A program made the position numbers and the translations under genes. From Promethearchaeota archaeon (GTDB lineage: Archaea > Asgardarchaeota > Lokiarchaeia > Sigyniarchaeales > SOKP01), in assembly GCA_048939995.1 (NCBI GenBank), contig JBHLOY010000008.1, positions 106,835 to 170,834 of the forward strand: 64,000 bases of DNA, written 5' to 3'. The notes beneath the pieces are model-generated. The model worked only from the letters and a program-made list of their open reading frames with translations, was not told where the DNA came from and ran no database searches. Every line of letters begins with the position of its first letter. The first letter of the stretch is position 1. Shown piece after piece: positions 1 to 10,662 of the stretch.

Positions 1-244
1 ATAACCCATCATACTTTTCGCTTTTATAATTCAATTGAAGAAACGCTCTAGGAAAAATTGATTCATCATTCCAAAACTTATCTTCAATAAAAGGTTTATT
101 ATGTTCAGCAAATATGTTAGTCCTTTTTGGAATTTCTTCATTATAATCTTGTGCCTCAATAAGAAGTGTTTTTGCAAAGTGAGATACTTTATTCGCAAAA
201 GACGCACCGGATGTACCAGCACCAATGACGATTACATCATACAT
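1..244 (-). CDS. FAD-dependent oxidoreductase (geranylgeranyl reductase-like); N-terminal part only, runs off the window
   Basis: Not in the ORF track. ATG at 244 reads MYDVIVIGAGTSGASFANKV..., a Rossmann GxGxxG motif; the frame is open to base 1. Confidence 0.8.
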   Translation of the reverse strand, partial: MYDVIVIGAGTSGASFANKVSHFAKTLLIEAQDYNEEIPKRTNIFAEHNKPFIEDKFWNDESIFPRAFLQLNYKSEKYDGL

Positions 245-292
245 ATTAAGAGTTTAAATTATTAACCATAAAAAAATATTATTTTTCTATTA

Positions 293-1045
293 TCATATGA
301 TATTTTCAATTGTTTTGGAAATTTTATATAAATTGACTTCTGCCATTCCTAGTGGTACTGAAGATTCAAATAGAACCACAATTAACAAAGGATCTAACTT
401 CCATGGGATTTTCACAATTTTCGAAAATATTTTTTGGTTATTATCTAAACTATAGAAGGTTGTGTTGAAATCGCTGGCGACCATATATCGAATCTCTAAT
501 TCTTTTAATGAGGATAAGAGAATCTCTTGGGGAAGGGAAGAATAAATTACTTTTCCATTAATCGCAAAAAGAGCCGCTCCAAGAATTTCATTTTCAAATA
601 TAAGCGTTTTTATCATCTCAACTATTTTTCTATAGAGCGCTTGACTTGCGGTAATCTCTTCCTCACCAGTAATCATTAAATCTATTTTTGAATCAAAATC
701 GGGATTATCGATTTGTTCATATTCTTCAATATCATTTTCCGCTAAAAAAGTGTCAAATACTCTCGCTATGCCATTTAATCTAGAATTTATGAATAACAGA
801 CTAGCACTTGAATCTGCTAAGATTGCAAAAATATGCTCTATTTCAGTTTTAAATACAAACCTAAAACCTCCCATTTCAAGGACTTCCGGAGTTTTCTTTG
901 AAATTACAGACTGAGAAAACGAAAAGATTGCGGAAAAGAAAGGAGTAATTAAATTGGGCTCAATATTCTCGAAATCACCTGTAAAGTTCCGACTATATAT
1001 ACATGCTCCGCTTTTCGTTAAAATGAACAATGAATGAATTTTCAT
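293..1045 (-). CDS. Longin-like domain fused to a roadblock-like domain
   Basis: N-half SLFILTKSGACIYSR...LITPFFSAIFSFSQ...LEMGGFRFVF follows the Asgard longin pattern; C-half ILGAALFAINGKVIYSS is roadblock/profilin-like. Confidence 0.6.
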   Translation of the reverse strand: MKIHSLFILTKSGACIYSRNFTGDFENIEPNLITPFFSAIFSFSQSVISKKTPEVLEMGGFRFVFKTEIEHIFAILADSSASLLFINSRLNGIARVFDTFLAENDIEEYEQIDNPDFDSKIDLMITGEEEITASQALYRKIVEMIKTLIFENEILGAALFAINGKVIYSSLPQEILLSSLKELEIRYMVASDFNTTFYSLDNNQKIFSKIVKIPWKLDPLLIVVLFESSVPLGMAEVNLYKISKTIENII

Positions 1046-1146
1046 TAACCTTAAACACTCCTATAAATGCATTTAAAGAAATATAGGTTTATAAGTATTT
1101 TTAGAAAAAGCTATTGAGATAATATATTTCAAAATGATTTTTATTC

Positions 1147-1695
1147 TTAAAATTCTAAAATTTTCCCCATTTCAAGTCTTACCTCATGACGATCAATATC
1201 ATTATTAGAATACGCAATTAAATCAAAACCAGTAAAAGTATATCCATAATTTAAGTAGAATTGAATAGCAGTATAATTTGAACTTTGGCACTCCAACACA
1301 ATCGCCCTACAATTCCACTCTACTGCGCGTTTTTCAGCAAACTTTAATAATTTTTCACCAAACCCTTTTCGTTGTGATTCTTCATTTATAGAAATATCCC
1401 ATATTCTGGCAGTATTATTCCAAGACTGTTTACCCACTACTATTAATCCAATTTCTTTTCCATTGTCATTAAATGCTATATAATATTCTGCCCCTTCTTT
1501 ATATTTTTGAAAGATATCCCCCTCAGAATACTTTGTAAATGTACTTGGAAATTGTGTTTTTTGTAAATCGATTGACCATCCACTATTCTTCTTTTTTTCT
1601 TTAACTGAAATATCGTAATAAAATTTCGAATAGTATTGGAATATATCTTTCTTATTGTTCGGAAAGTCTTTTTCGAAAATCTGTATTATTTTAAT
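1147..1695 (-). CDS. GNAT acetyltransferase (streptothricin acetyltransferase-like), probable ATT start
   Basis: Motifs QRKGFG and LECQSSNYTAIQFY. The frame stays open 86 codons upstream of the track's GTG (1437) with no ATG/GTG/TTG; ATT at 1695 lies 7 nt after GGGTGA. Confidence 0.75.
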   Translation of the reverse strand: MKIIQIFEKDFPNNKKDIFQYYSKFYYDISVKEKKKNSGWSIDLQKTQFPSTFTKYSEGDIFQKYKEGAEYYIAFNDNGKEIGLIVVGKQSWNNTARIWDISINEESQRKGFGEKLLKFAEKRAVEWNCRAIVLECQSSNYTAIQFYLNYGYTFTGFDLIAYSNNDIDRHEVRLEMGKILEF

Positions 1696-1702
1696 AAATT
1701 GA

Positions 1703-2563
1703 TCACCCAGATAATTTATTAGATTTTAAGATTCTTTCAAATTGATTTTTTATTTCGCTCCATGACGCCATTCGTTTAATTAACGGCTTATCATTCATAA
1801 TCACTCCTCGAGAAATACCGTACTTTTTAATTATTTCTTTGTTGTCTGTATTTATTAAATTTAAATTAATATTTGGATAGTTCTTTAGATTTCTTTTAAT
1901 ATCATCGACCATAAAACAGTTCCATGGACATTGACTATTCAGAAAAAGATTAAGGCCGCTAATCGAATTTAATTTCTGATATTTTATTAGAGAGGGAGCT
2001 GCTTTTGAGCCTAAATCTAAATAAAGAAGAACTCTCTCATCCTCACGATCGACTTCTTTAAATCCAAATTTTTGAAAAAATTGTGATGGCATGTACTTTA
2101 TTGTTGTTCCGAACCATTTCTCATTATCATACGCTAAAACGCTAATTCCTCCAACTTTTTTCGCCCGTTCAATCAATCTTTTTATTAATGCTTTCCCAAC
2201 TCCTTTATTCCAGAATGCTGGTAAAATCCAGATACAATTGATAAATAAGGAATCCTTACCCTCAAGGGGTTCTAATGCAAATTCAATTGGAATACTTTCA
2301 ATGAGTCCCATGGGTACATAACCTTTTATAGCAAGGTCTGAATGACGCATTTTACCAGCCCATTTGTAATAAATTATTTCATTTTTAGGCGTATCAAGAG
2401 CTAAAAGGATTTCTAAACCAAATCTCATCATTTTCTTTATCCATGATATTCTTTGCTCCATACAGTTTTTCATCACTTTCTTTAATCCCTTCCCTACACT
2501 TGGGTCCATACAAATAGCAGGGATGAATACTAATTCATCTTCAGAGACAATTTTTATTTCCAA
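1703..2563 (-). CDS. GNAT acetyltransferase with C-terminal thioredoxin-like (YoaP-like) domain
   Basis: FINCIWI...WNKGVGKAL acetyl-CoA motif; C-terminal SQCPW. Confidence 0.7.
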   Translation of the reverse strand: MEIKIVSEDELVFIPAICMDPSVGKGLKKVMKNCMEQRISWIKKMMRFGLEILLALDTPKNEIIYYKWAGKMRHSDLAIKGYVPMGLIESIPIEFALEPLEGKDSLFINCIWILPAFWNKGVGKALIKRLIERAKKVGGISVLAYDNEKWFGTTIKYMPSQFFQKFGFKEVDREDERVLLYLDLGSKAAPSLIKYQKLNSISGLNLFLNSQCPWNCFMVDDIKRNLKNYPNINLNLINTDNKEIIKKYGISRGVIMNDKPLIKRMASWSEIKNQFERILKSNKLSG

Positions 2564-2813
2564 GATTAATTACCTTGATAATTTGAATGTGATTAATTTT
2601 TTATATAATTTTTTTTCTAACAATTATTAATCATAAGTACGCTGAAAATATCTTAATATCGTATATTTATAAGTAATTTGTGCAAATTTTCATGTTTTAC
2701 CCTTAAGTTAGGATTTTTTTTTCACAATAAAGACATTTAAATATATTAGATGACTTTTTCAATTAAAAAAAGGTTATGAAATAGTAACGCACAACCTTTA
2801 AAACCAAAAAAAA

Positions 2814-3236
2814 TTGGAGAAGAGAATGTCTAAAGACGAGATAAAACAAATACGGCTTAAAAAGGCTGAAATGCTATTGAAATCACAGAATATGCCAAAA
2901 CAGATAATTAAAGTTCATTCAATTGAGGATTTTGATGCTTTATTAAAAGATTATCCTGAAAAAGTAATAATCATAGATTTCTGGGCCATTTGGTGTGGAC
3001 CTTGCATGATGTTTGCTCCTATATTTGAGAAATTACAAAAAGAACATGCAAATGAATTCATATTCGTAAAAGTAAATGTGGATGAAAACCCATCAATTGC
3101 ACAGAGATATAGGATAACTGGTATTCCAACCACCCTTTTTATACAAAATGAGAAACAAGTGCATAAGATAGCAGGAGCTGTAAATCAAGAATACATGGAA
3201 CGTGTTCTTGAAAAACTTAAATCATTTTCTAAATAG
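2814..3236 (+). CDS. trxA: Thioredoxin
   Basis: DFWAIWCGPC active site, KVNVDE, GIPT. Confidence 0.95.
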   Translation: MEKRMSKDEIKQIRLKKAEMLLKSQNMPKQIIKVHSIEDFDALLKDYPEKVIIIDFWAIWCGPCMMFAPIFEKLQKEHANEFIFVKVNVDENPSIAQRYRITGIPTTLFIQNEKQVHKIAGAVNQEYMERVLEKLKSFSK

Positions 3237-3281
3237 GTTTATTTTTTATTTTTTTTAATTTTATAATGAGGATAAAAAACC

Positions 3282-3722
3282 ATGGAAAGCATTATTGAGC
3301 AATTAGATGAAAAAGAAGTATTTCGAAGTGAAAAATTATTTAAATGTATTCTTGGATTAAATGAAATCCAAGCAAATGTATTTTCCTATATTCTGAAGCA
3401 TGAAAATGTGAGTACAATGGAATTGAAAGAAGTTTTGGATAAAGATAGAAGCTCAATTCAAAAGGCACTAGGAGAATTAATTAAGTTAAAAATTATTAGT
3501 AGAAATTCATTTTCATTGAAGGATTATTTCGAGGCTAAGGGAATCAGTAATGAAACTAATGATAAAAGGGGTTATATTTACTTGTATAGCGCAAAAGATA
3601 TAAATGAGATTAAAGTGGAATTTAAAGATTTATTAGATAAATGGTATCACTCTATGGTTAACTATATTAATGATCTAGATAGTTTATTTGATTGCTATGA
3701 AATAGATGGAAAACTTTGTTAA
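3282..3722 (+). CDS. TrmB-like winged-helix transcriptional regulator
   Basis: STMELKEVLDKDRSSIQKALGEL helix-turn-helix; RGYIYLY wing. Confidence 0.75.
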   Translation: MESIIEQLDEKEVFRSEKLFKCILGLNEIQANVFSYILKHENVSTMELKEVLDKDRSSIQKALGELIKLKIISRNSFSLKDYFEAKGISNETNDKRGYIYLYSAKDINEIKVEFKDLLDKWYHSMVNYINDLDSLFDCYEIDGKLC

Positions 3723-3778
3723 GTTGAAATAACAGAAATAAATTTTTGAATTTATATTTAAATAGAAAATAAGAGAAA

Positions 3779-4138
3779 TTATAAATATATACTTAATTTA
3801 TCGATATCATCCCTTAATTTAGAAATTCTTCTTAATTGCTCTTCTTCTTTATCTACTCCTTGCAAGTCTTCTTCTGAACTTGTTCGTTCATCTTCATATG
3901 CTTGTTCAACCATCATTCCATATCTAATTGCGTAAGCAACTAACTCAGGTATTAATGATATCATACTTTTAAAAGTAAAAATCCCACTTAAAGTACTTAA
4001 GATATTGATCATTTCTCCGAAAGGGTCAATCTCAATTTTAGGCTTCTTCATTAACTCCATTATCTTTCGAAATAGAATTTCATAAAATAGTTCAAGTTCT
4101 TCTCTATTGAGTTTAAATTCTTCCTCTTCTTCACCCAT
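3779..4138 (-). CDS. Hypothetical acidic helical protein
   Basis: 119-aa ORF with AGGTG RBS; no recognised motif. Confidence 0.6.
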   Translation of the reverse strand: MGEEEEEFKLNREELELFYEILFRKIMELMKKPKIEIDPFGEMINILSTLSGIFTFKSMISLIPELVAYAIRYGMMVEQAYEDERTSSEEDLQGVDKEEEQLRRISKLRDDIDKLSIYL

Positions 4139-4287
4139 TATTCACACCTTTAAATTAACAAAATTTTAGTTTCTAGTGAAAAATTAAATTAAAAAATGCA
4201 TTTATTTCTTTTACTTTATTTCACATAAATTTAAAAATTTTCTAAAAAAGCTCTAAATATATTACAATAATTTACTTAAAATAACAA

Positions 4288-5100
4288 ATGTCTTTTAATC
4301 CAGAAAAAACCGAATTGCGAATTGTAAGAAATCTACTCTATAATATCATAATTCTGCTTATCGTCTTTTTTTGGTTTTTTCGCTCTACCTATGATAACCT
4401 CTCTGGCTCATACATATTATCCTTTTTAATAATAAGTTCTATTACATTATCATTTATTTACAATATTAAAAAAGGATGTAAAAATTCTGTTAAAATCTTT
4501 CATCTAATTCTATTTTTGATACCAATCTCTTTTATTATTGAATTAATTTATGTTTATGAACCATTCACGTCAGCTATCTTTATTTCATTTTACAATTTGA
4601 TTGGAATCAGACATAATCATGATATTTTTTTGATTACTCTCTATTTTGCTTTAACAGTATTGAAAGTTCTCCCTATCAAATTATTTTATAATAGAATTAT
4701 TAAATTAAACGAGAAAAACAGATTTGATGATTTTTTTGAGTATTTTGCGAAGGACTTTAATAGAAATAAACTCATTCTTATAATTCTTCTGCTTCCTCTA
4801 GCGGCATTTATTGAAGAATTTATTTTTCGAAGTTTATTGTTAACTGTTTTAGTAAATTATCTCAACTGGAATAATATTATTGCAGTTCTATTTATATCTC
4901 TTGTCTTTGGATTTAGTCATTATTCTTCCTCGAAAAATTGGTTACATTTTCTTTCAACTACCTTTTCCTCTATAATATATTTTTTGGCTTTAATCCAATT
5001 AGGTTTATTATATCCTTGGTTATTACATTTAACCACAAATAGTCTTGCGTTATTATTTTTCTATCAAAATAACAAATTAAAAACTAAGGAGAATACTTAA
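4288..5100 (+). CDS. CPBP/Abi (CAAX) intramembrane metalloprotease
   Basis: EEFIFR, FGFSH and HLTTN motifs; multiple TM segments. Confidence 0.85.
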   Translation: MSFNPEKTELRIVRNLLYNIIILLIVFFWFFRSTYDNLSGSYILSFLIISSITLSFIYNIKKGCKNSVKIFHLILFLIPISFIIELIYVYEPFTSAIFISFYNLIGIRHNHDIFLITLYFALTVLKVLPIKLFYNRIIKLNEKNRFDDFFEYFAKDFNRNKLILIILLLPLAAFIEEFIFRSLLLTVLVNYLNWNNIIAVLFISLVFGFSHYSSSKNWLHFLSTTFSSIIYFLALIQLGLLYPWLLHLTTNSLALLFFYQNNKLKTKENT

Positions 5101-5107
5101 ATTATTT

Positions 5108-6892
5108 TTAATGATAAAGATAAAGAAATCTCTCCAAATAATAAAGAAAAATTTGAGTGTAATATCCTGGAAAATAAAAATCGCAACCATGTCCTCCTAA
5201 CGGCATCCATAAAATTGCACATTCATCATTTTCATGTGATAAATAAATATTCTGGATATTTGTTGCTATGCTGAAATAATTCAAAATATCATGAGTCCCT
5301 TGGAAAATTAGACAAGGGGGGCTATCATTATTAATTAAATTTTCTGGATTTTTGAATTCTTCTTTACCGTCTATTCCGAACCATTGCATTGCTCCATTCG
5401 CGGGATAATATGGTATCATTCCTTTTACTATAATACTTGGACTAAAAATATCGGTATAATTTCCGCTTGCTATTGCTAATGCGACAGCGCATGTAAGATG
5501 TCCTCCCGAAGACCCACCTGTTATAAACACAGAATCTAAACTAGCACCATACTCAAGGGCATGATTATCCAGATAATAAGTAAAATTCCCAATATGTTGC
5601 ATCATATCATCAATATTGAAATCTCCTTTTGTATACTTTGGAGTAATTGGATCTATTGGAGTTAAAAAGGTATCAAATAATCCATACTGAATATCAAATA
5701 CAATATATCCTTGTGCTGCTAAGTATTTATTAAATGGTATCATATCTGATCCCCCTTTATCTCCTAAAATCCAACCACCACCATGGATACGAATTATAGT
5801 CGAATTTTGTCCAGGAAGGTTCCTCCCATTATTTAATGGCATGTAAGCATCAAAATAAAGATTAACACCTTCATTACTATAAAAAAGGATGTTTTCTTTT
5901 ACGATACAGTCCTCGGCAGGGATTCCAAGGAAGTAGCTTGAAGTTGAAAAAGGCGTTTTTAGAAAAAAGTCATTTATATTCGTAGGAATTCTATTACGCC
6001 AATCATATCCAAAAGCAGTTGAAAAATTATTATGGGCGGAATAAGTTGTTACATGAGTTAAAAATAATGGTAGAAGCATAACAAATGCAACAACAAGACC
6101 CATAATTGTTTTTCGTTTGAATTTTTTGGGAGACCATTTATTTCTCTTTAATTTTATTAAAATAAGTGTATTTATTAGAAAGATTAATGAAAAAAATGCT
6201 CCAAATTGAGCAGAAAACATAGCAAAAATAGTGGTGACTATTTCAAATGACCCAAATATAGTGACAAAAGCACATAATATTCCAATATAGAAGGTAATAT
6301 TACTTAAAATAGTAAGAATTTTCTTTAAAATCCTCTTAGTCCGCATTTTTCTTTTAGATGGAAATCGTGTTTTATTCCTATTAGAGTTCCAAAGCTTCTC
6401 ATTTTTAATGTTTAGAATATCGAATAAGGCAATAAAAAAGTTAAATCCAAACAAACTGAAGTAACAAAAATAGACTAAGAAATAGCCAAATCCACTAAAT
6501 ATGCTTAGTGGGCGATAACTTGAATAAATAAGTAGATTACCACCCATTATCCCCAATACTGCGATGATCACAAAACCTAGATAGATATAACAGATCAGGT
6601 TTAGTTTTTTCCCTAATCTTAAGGTCTTATTTACTTTAATTGAGTTAATATATACTAATAATCCATTGAGAAATAGCGTAATAATAATTAAGATGCCTAA
6701 TAAATCCCAGAATACATTATATATTGGAAAGATCAAATAAAAAATTCCAGAAATAAGACAAATAGGATTTAAAATAATTGAAAAGAAACTAACTCTTTTA
6801 ATCGTAAAAAAAGCTACAAGATTTTCAACTAATATTCTTGTACTTTTTAATTTGAACTCTATTTGAATTAAAGATGGCTGTTCCATCTGCAA
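5108..6892 (-). CDS. Membrane-anchored alpha/beta hydrolase (HSL-family esterase/lipase)
   Basis: Multi-TM N-half; HGGGW oxyanion loop, GGSSGG nucleophile elbow, GTHD and GGHG. Confidence 0.85.
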   Translation of the reverse strand: MQMEQPSLIQIEFKLKSTRILVENLVAFFTIKRVSFFSIILNPICLISGIFYLIFPIYNVFWDLLGILIIITLFLNGLLVYINSIKVNKTLRLGKKLNLICYIYLGFVIIAVLGIMGGNLLIYSSYRPLSIFSGFGYFLVYFCYFSLFGFNFFIALFDILNIKNEKLWNSNRNKTRFPSKRKMRTKRILKKILTILSNITFYIGILCAFVTIFGSFEIVTTIFAMFSAQFGAFFSLIFLINTLILIKLKRNKWSPKKFKRKTIMGLVVAFVMLLPLFLTHVTTYSAHNNFSTAFGYDWRNRIPTNINDFFLKTPFSTSSYFLGIPAEDCIVKENILFYSNEGVNLYFDAYMPLNNGRNLPGQNSTIIRIHGGGWILGDKGGSDMIPFNKYLAAQGYIVFDIQYGLFDTFLTPIDPITPKYTKGDFNIDDMMQHIGNFTYYLDNHALEYGASLDSVFITGGSSGGHLTCAVALAIASGNYTDIFSPSIIVKGMIPYYPANGAMQWFGIDGKEEFKNPENLINNDSPPCLIFQGTHDILNYFSIATNIQNIYLSHENDECAILWMPLGGHGCDFYFPGYYTQIFLYYLERFLYLYH

Positions 6893-7243
6893 TACCCTGT
6901 TATTTTATATTAGACAAAAGTCTAATTATAATATTATAAATGCTCCTAATTTTTATTGGTCATGTTAAGAGCGATTTATAGTAACTTGACAATTTTATAA
7001 TTAATGAAATTACAAGAATTTAATTTTACCTAATTAGTAAAAATTTATAAAAAAATTTTAAGAAATAGTTAGCTTATCTTATTTTTTGAAGCTTATTGAT
7101 CTTTATTGATCTTAGGTTAAATATTTTAGTTGTTATTCATTTACTTACAATTAGTAGTTAAGGGTAAAACCCTAAAAAATAGATGATTTTCAATTTAAAT
7201 TATAAGAATTAAAGTAATAAATACCGTCTAAATATGTTTAACT

Positions 7244-8089
7244 ATGATTATTTGGATTCTTGAAAGTGACTCAGGTTCAAAATTGCTGTATAAATCTTTT
7301 TTAAAGACTGATGCGGATGAAGATATAGTATCTGGTTTTTTAACAGCATTCCACCATTTTTCGATGGTAGAATTTCATCAATCTTTGGAATCAATAGAAA
7401 TGGGAGGGTTGAAGTGGATTTATATATTAGAACCAAAGTACAATTTGCTTTTTGTGGCAGCCGGTACAAAAAATGTTAGGACTGAAATTTTAATGGGCAG
7501 ATTGAATGTGATAAAAGAAGCTTTTATAAAACAGTTTAAACCAACATGGAAAAAAAGAGGTGAAAACTGGGATGGAAGCATTAGTGTATTCAAAAGTTTC
7601 TTGAATACCATTGAAGATTATTATAAACAATGGGAAGAAGTAGAAACTTTGACTCAAGTCGCTGATTTCTTTGATATTCTGGGAGTATTTCAACAAATTT
7701 TTATTATACTTAGAAATATAATTGAAAATAGAATGTATACAAAATCCAAGAACTTTATATTAAATAAAGTAGAGGAAAGATATAAAAATCTAATCGAAAA
7801 AGGAGAATTTAAAGATCAACAACACTTAACAAATGTTACCTTCTCTAAAGAAGCATGGTTCAACATTATTGATGAAAAATTAATTAAGTGTGAAAAGGAA
7901 TTAGTTATCAAATTTCTGAAACTTTTACTTTCAGATATTGTCTATACCTTGCAGGATGTTAAAGGAAGTCATCTATGTTTGAAATACTTCAGTGAAGATA
8001 ACATCTATGCCTATATTTTTAACAACATGAAATTGTTGAAAGATTTAAATTTAGATTCTTTTATGTTAGAATTGTTTTTATTATTATAG
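7244..8089 (+). CDS. Longin-like domain protein
   Basis: IWILESDSGSKLLYK...IVSGFLTAFHHFS...SIEMGGLKWIY...LLFV pattern. Confidence 0.65.
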   Translation: MIIWILESDSGSKLLYKSFLKTDADEDIVSGFLTAFHHFSMVEFHQSLESIEMGGLKWIYILEPKYNLLFVAAGTKNVRTEILMGRLNVIKEAFIKQFKPTWKKRGENWDGSISVFKSFLNTIEDYYKQWEEVETLTQVADFFDILGVFQQIFIILRNIIENRMYTKSKNFILNKVEERYKNLIEKGEFKDQQHLTNVTFSKEAWFNIIDEKLIKCEKELVIKFLKLLLSDIVYTLQDVKGSHLCLKYFSEDNIYAYIFNNMKLLKDLNLDSFMLELFLLL

Positions 8090-8153
8090 AATTTAAATCT
8101 ATAATTATTAATAATATTTTTATTAATTAACAGCATTATCTTAAAATATTGAT

Positions 8154-9245
8154 ATGAAGAGATTCAAATCCATAGACTTTTTAAGAGGGATACACGTTTT
8201 TTTGATGATTGTTCTACACTACAGTGAATGGTGGCTAGTAGTAGATGCACAATCGCTAAAAATTTGGCTATTTCATATTTTTGAACCTATAGGTGCAACA
8301 GGGTTCTTATTTATTTCAGGAGTGAGTGCATCTTTATCATATAAGAGTAGTAAAAAAAAACTTACAAGCACAAGCTTAGATTGGTATAAAATAAAAAATA
8401 TTTATTTATTAAGAGCTTTAATCCTTTTATTTATTGCATTAATTTATAATTTAATATTATCATTTAGATTTGGTGATTTGTCAGATATTTGGAGTTGGAA
8501 TGTACTACAAACCATTGCTGTTTCTCTCATTATTGTATGGCCGCTTTTAAAACTCTCTAAAACTGTAAGATTAATCGTTGGAATTTCTATAATAATCATT
8601 AATCAAGCCTTATTAATTTTTTTAAGCCCCTTTGAGGATCAGTTAAATTTCTATGGCATATTGTTTCATTTATTATATAATCCCTTACAACAATTTACTA
8701 TCTTGTCTTTTTTCCCTTTTTTTCTCTTTGGAACTGTTATTGGAGATATTATATTTGGAATCAGCGCAATGGAGGATGAAAATGAAAGAAGAAGTGCTAT
8801 AAAAGACACATTTCTTAAAAGTGTCTTAATATTGGGGGGTGGATTAATAGTAATTGGAGTATTATATCAATTTCCCTATTTTTTAGAGCGTAATACGTTC
8901 CCATCTTTTATCTATTCGATAGGAGTGATTTTAGTGATATTTTCAATTTTAATCTCGATCGAAGAATTTAATCTTATTAAGGCTAGGAAAAATTACAATT
9001 TTTTCTTCTTTTATTCATATTATTCATTTACTGTTTATTTAGGGCACAATGTATTCTATTTTCTATTCTTTAACCAGTTAAATGCTATTAGTTTTTGGAT
9101 TCCTATTATTCTTACAATGAGTTTTATAACCATTTTAATTAGAATAATTTATAAAAAATTAGGACCAAAAGCTTCTTTAAAAACAGGAATATCAACATTA
9201 AGCTATCTATTGGTAACTAAATTTAATAGGAAAGAAGCACATTAG
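8154..9245 (+). CDS. HGSNAT/DUF1624-like membrane acyltransferase
   Basis: RFKSIDFLRG...MIVLH, FLFISGVS, WNVLQTI; multi-TM. Confidence 0.75.
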   Translation: MKRFKSIDFLRGIHVFLMIVLHYSEWWLVVDAQSLKIWLFHIFEPIGATGFLFISGVSASLSYKSSKKKLTSTSLDWYKIKNIYLLRALILLFIALIYNLILSFRFGDLSDIWSWNVLQTIAVSLIIVWPLLKLSKTVRLIVGISIIIINQALLIFLSPFEDQLNFYGILFHLLYNPLQQFTILSFFPFFLFGTVIGDIIFGISAMEDENERRSAIKDTFLKSVLILGGGLIVIGVLYQFPYFLERNTFPSFIYSIGVILVIFSILISIEEFNLIKARKNYNFFFFYSYYSFTVYLGHNVFYFLFFNQLNAISFWIPIILTMSFITILIRIIYKKLGPKASLKTGISTLSYLLVTKFNRKEAH

Positions 9246-9326
9246 TTTAGATTAGAATTATTAATTTTATAAGATTGCAGAATTGATATAAGAATTTAAT
9301 TAAAAAAAAAAGTAGATTTCAAAAAT

Positions 9327-10241
9327 TTATGATTTTGGTTTTATTGCTTTCACTTTTATACTAGTACTATCAATATCTAATTGATCCAATTCTTTAACTT
9401 TTTCAATTTGATCTCCTAATGCTTTTTTGATGTTATCGTCATTGAGCAGAAATTCGTTTGTAGAAAAATTACTTTGTTCAATAATTTCAATTTCTTGAAA
9501 CCCGGCTTTTCCAATAGCCTCCAAGTATTTATTTTTCATAATTGCTCCACCAATACAACTTACATAAGCTTGTGCATTCTTTCTAATAACATCAGGAAGT
9601 TCTTTAAGTAGAACAATGTCAGATACCATCACCCTCCCTCCTGGTTTTAAGACGCGATAAGCATCTCGAAATACTGCTTCTTTATCTGGTGAAAGATTAA
9701 TAACACAATTTGATATTATAAGATCAATGCTATTATCTGCAACAGGTAGATGTTCAATTTCACCAAGCCTAAACTCAACATTATCGTAATTACCCTTTTT
9801 TGCATTTTCTCGCGCCTTATCAATCATAGCAGGAGTCATATCTACACCAATAACTTTTCCAGTTTTCCCAACCTTTTTTGCTGCAATAAAGCAATCTAAC
9901 CCACCTCCTGAACCGAGATCTAAAACGATTTCACCTTCTTTTATGGAGGCATGAGCTGTAGGATTACCACACCCTAAAGCTAAATTGGCACCGGATGGAA
10001 TATTGTTCAAATCTTCTTCTGTATATCCTAATTGTTCGCTATATTTCTTTAAGAATTCATCCCTTTTATCAGCAGGAATCCTAATTGCTGTACCGCAACT
10101 ACAAGAATTTTCGATTTTTGTTTTAGCTTCGGGAGATGGTCCGCAACAACTCGAACTCAATTTGCGGTTTGCAGCAATCGAATACTTCTCTCTTACAATT
10201 TTCCTTATATTTTCTATTTCTAAAGGTTTATCTTCTTCCAT
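9327..10241 (-). CDS. arsM: Arsenite S-adenosylmethionine methyltransferase
   Basis: [28 protein letters not shown] and SCIGGA Cys motifs. Confidence 0.9.
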   Translation of the reverse strand: MEEDKPLEIENIRKIVREKYSIAANRKLSSSCCGPSPEAKTKIENSCSCGTAIRIPADKRDEFLKKYSEQLGYTEEDLNNIPSGANLALGCGNPTAHASIKEGEIVLDLGSGGGLDCFIAAKKVGKTGKVIGVDMTPAMIDKARENAKKGNYDNVEFRLGEIEHLPVADNSIDLIISNCVINLSPDKEAVFRDAYRVLKPGGRVMVSDIVLLKELPDVIRKNAQAYVSCIGGAIMKNKYLEAIGKAGFQEIEIIEQSNFSTNEFLLNDDNIKKALGDQIEKVKELDQLDIDSTSIKVKAIKPKS

Positions 10242-10371
10242 TTTTATCTTCTTTATTTTCTTTTTATAAATTTAAATAGTAGTCTAATATTCCAATTGCT
10301 TTGACTACTTTCAAAAAATTTTTTTGAATTACATGTGCCATATGTATCTCACTTTGTTTGATGTTATTCAT

Positions 10372-10662
10372 TTACTCACTTTCTCTTCTTACAATAATTT
10401 TCAAAGCTGGTCCTAACGCATCTTGGACCATTGGCTCCAGAATATCCGCTTTCATTAAAATTAGGCAACAAGGTTTCCCTTTTGGTGCTACATTTATAAT
10501 AGCAAACTTATCGCCTTTTTGAATATTTTCGTTTTCTCTGAGATCTTTTGGTAATAATATTTGTCCTTTTGCATCTACAGTAACAAGTGCTTCAACTTTA
10601 CAACATGTGGAATCTGTATTTGGTGAGTCACAAGCACAATTTTGATTTTCTTGTCCGGACAT
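10372..10662 (-). CDS. Cys-rich AbrB/MazE-type DNA-binding protein (HgcAB-associated HgcC-like)
   Basis: CCKVEALVTVDAKGQILLPKDLRE swapped-hairpin motif; second CC pair in PCCLIL. Confidence 0.75.
   Translation of the reverse strand: MSGQENQNCACDSPNTDSTCCKVEALVTVDAKGQILLPKDLRENENIQKGDKFAIINVAPKGKPCCLILMKADILEPMVQDALGPALKIIVRRESE

Noticed and set aside
31-225. Track ORF of 64 aa on the minus strand
   Set aside because: Wrong frame; the overlapping frame from ATG 244 encodes a clear GxGxxG flavoprotein N-terminus.
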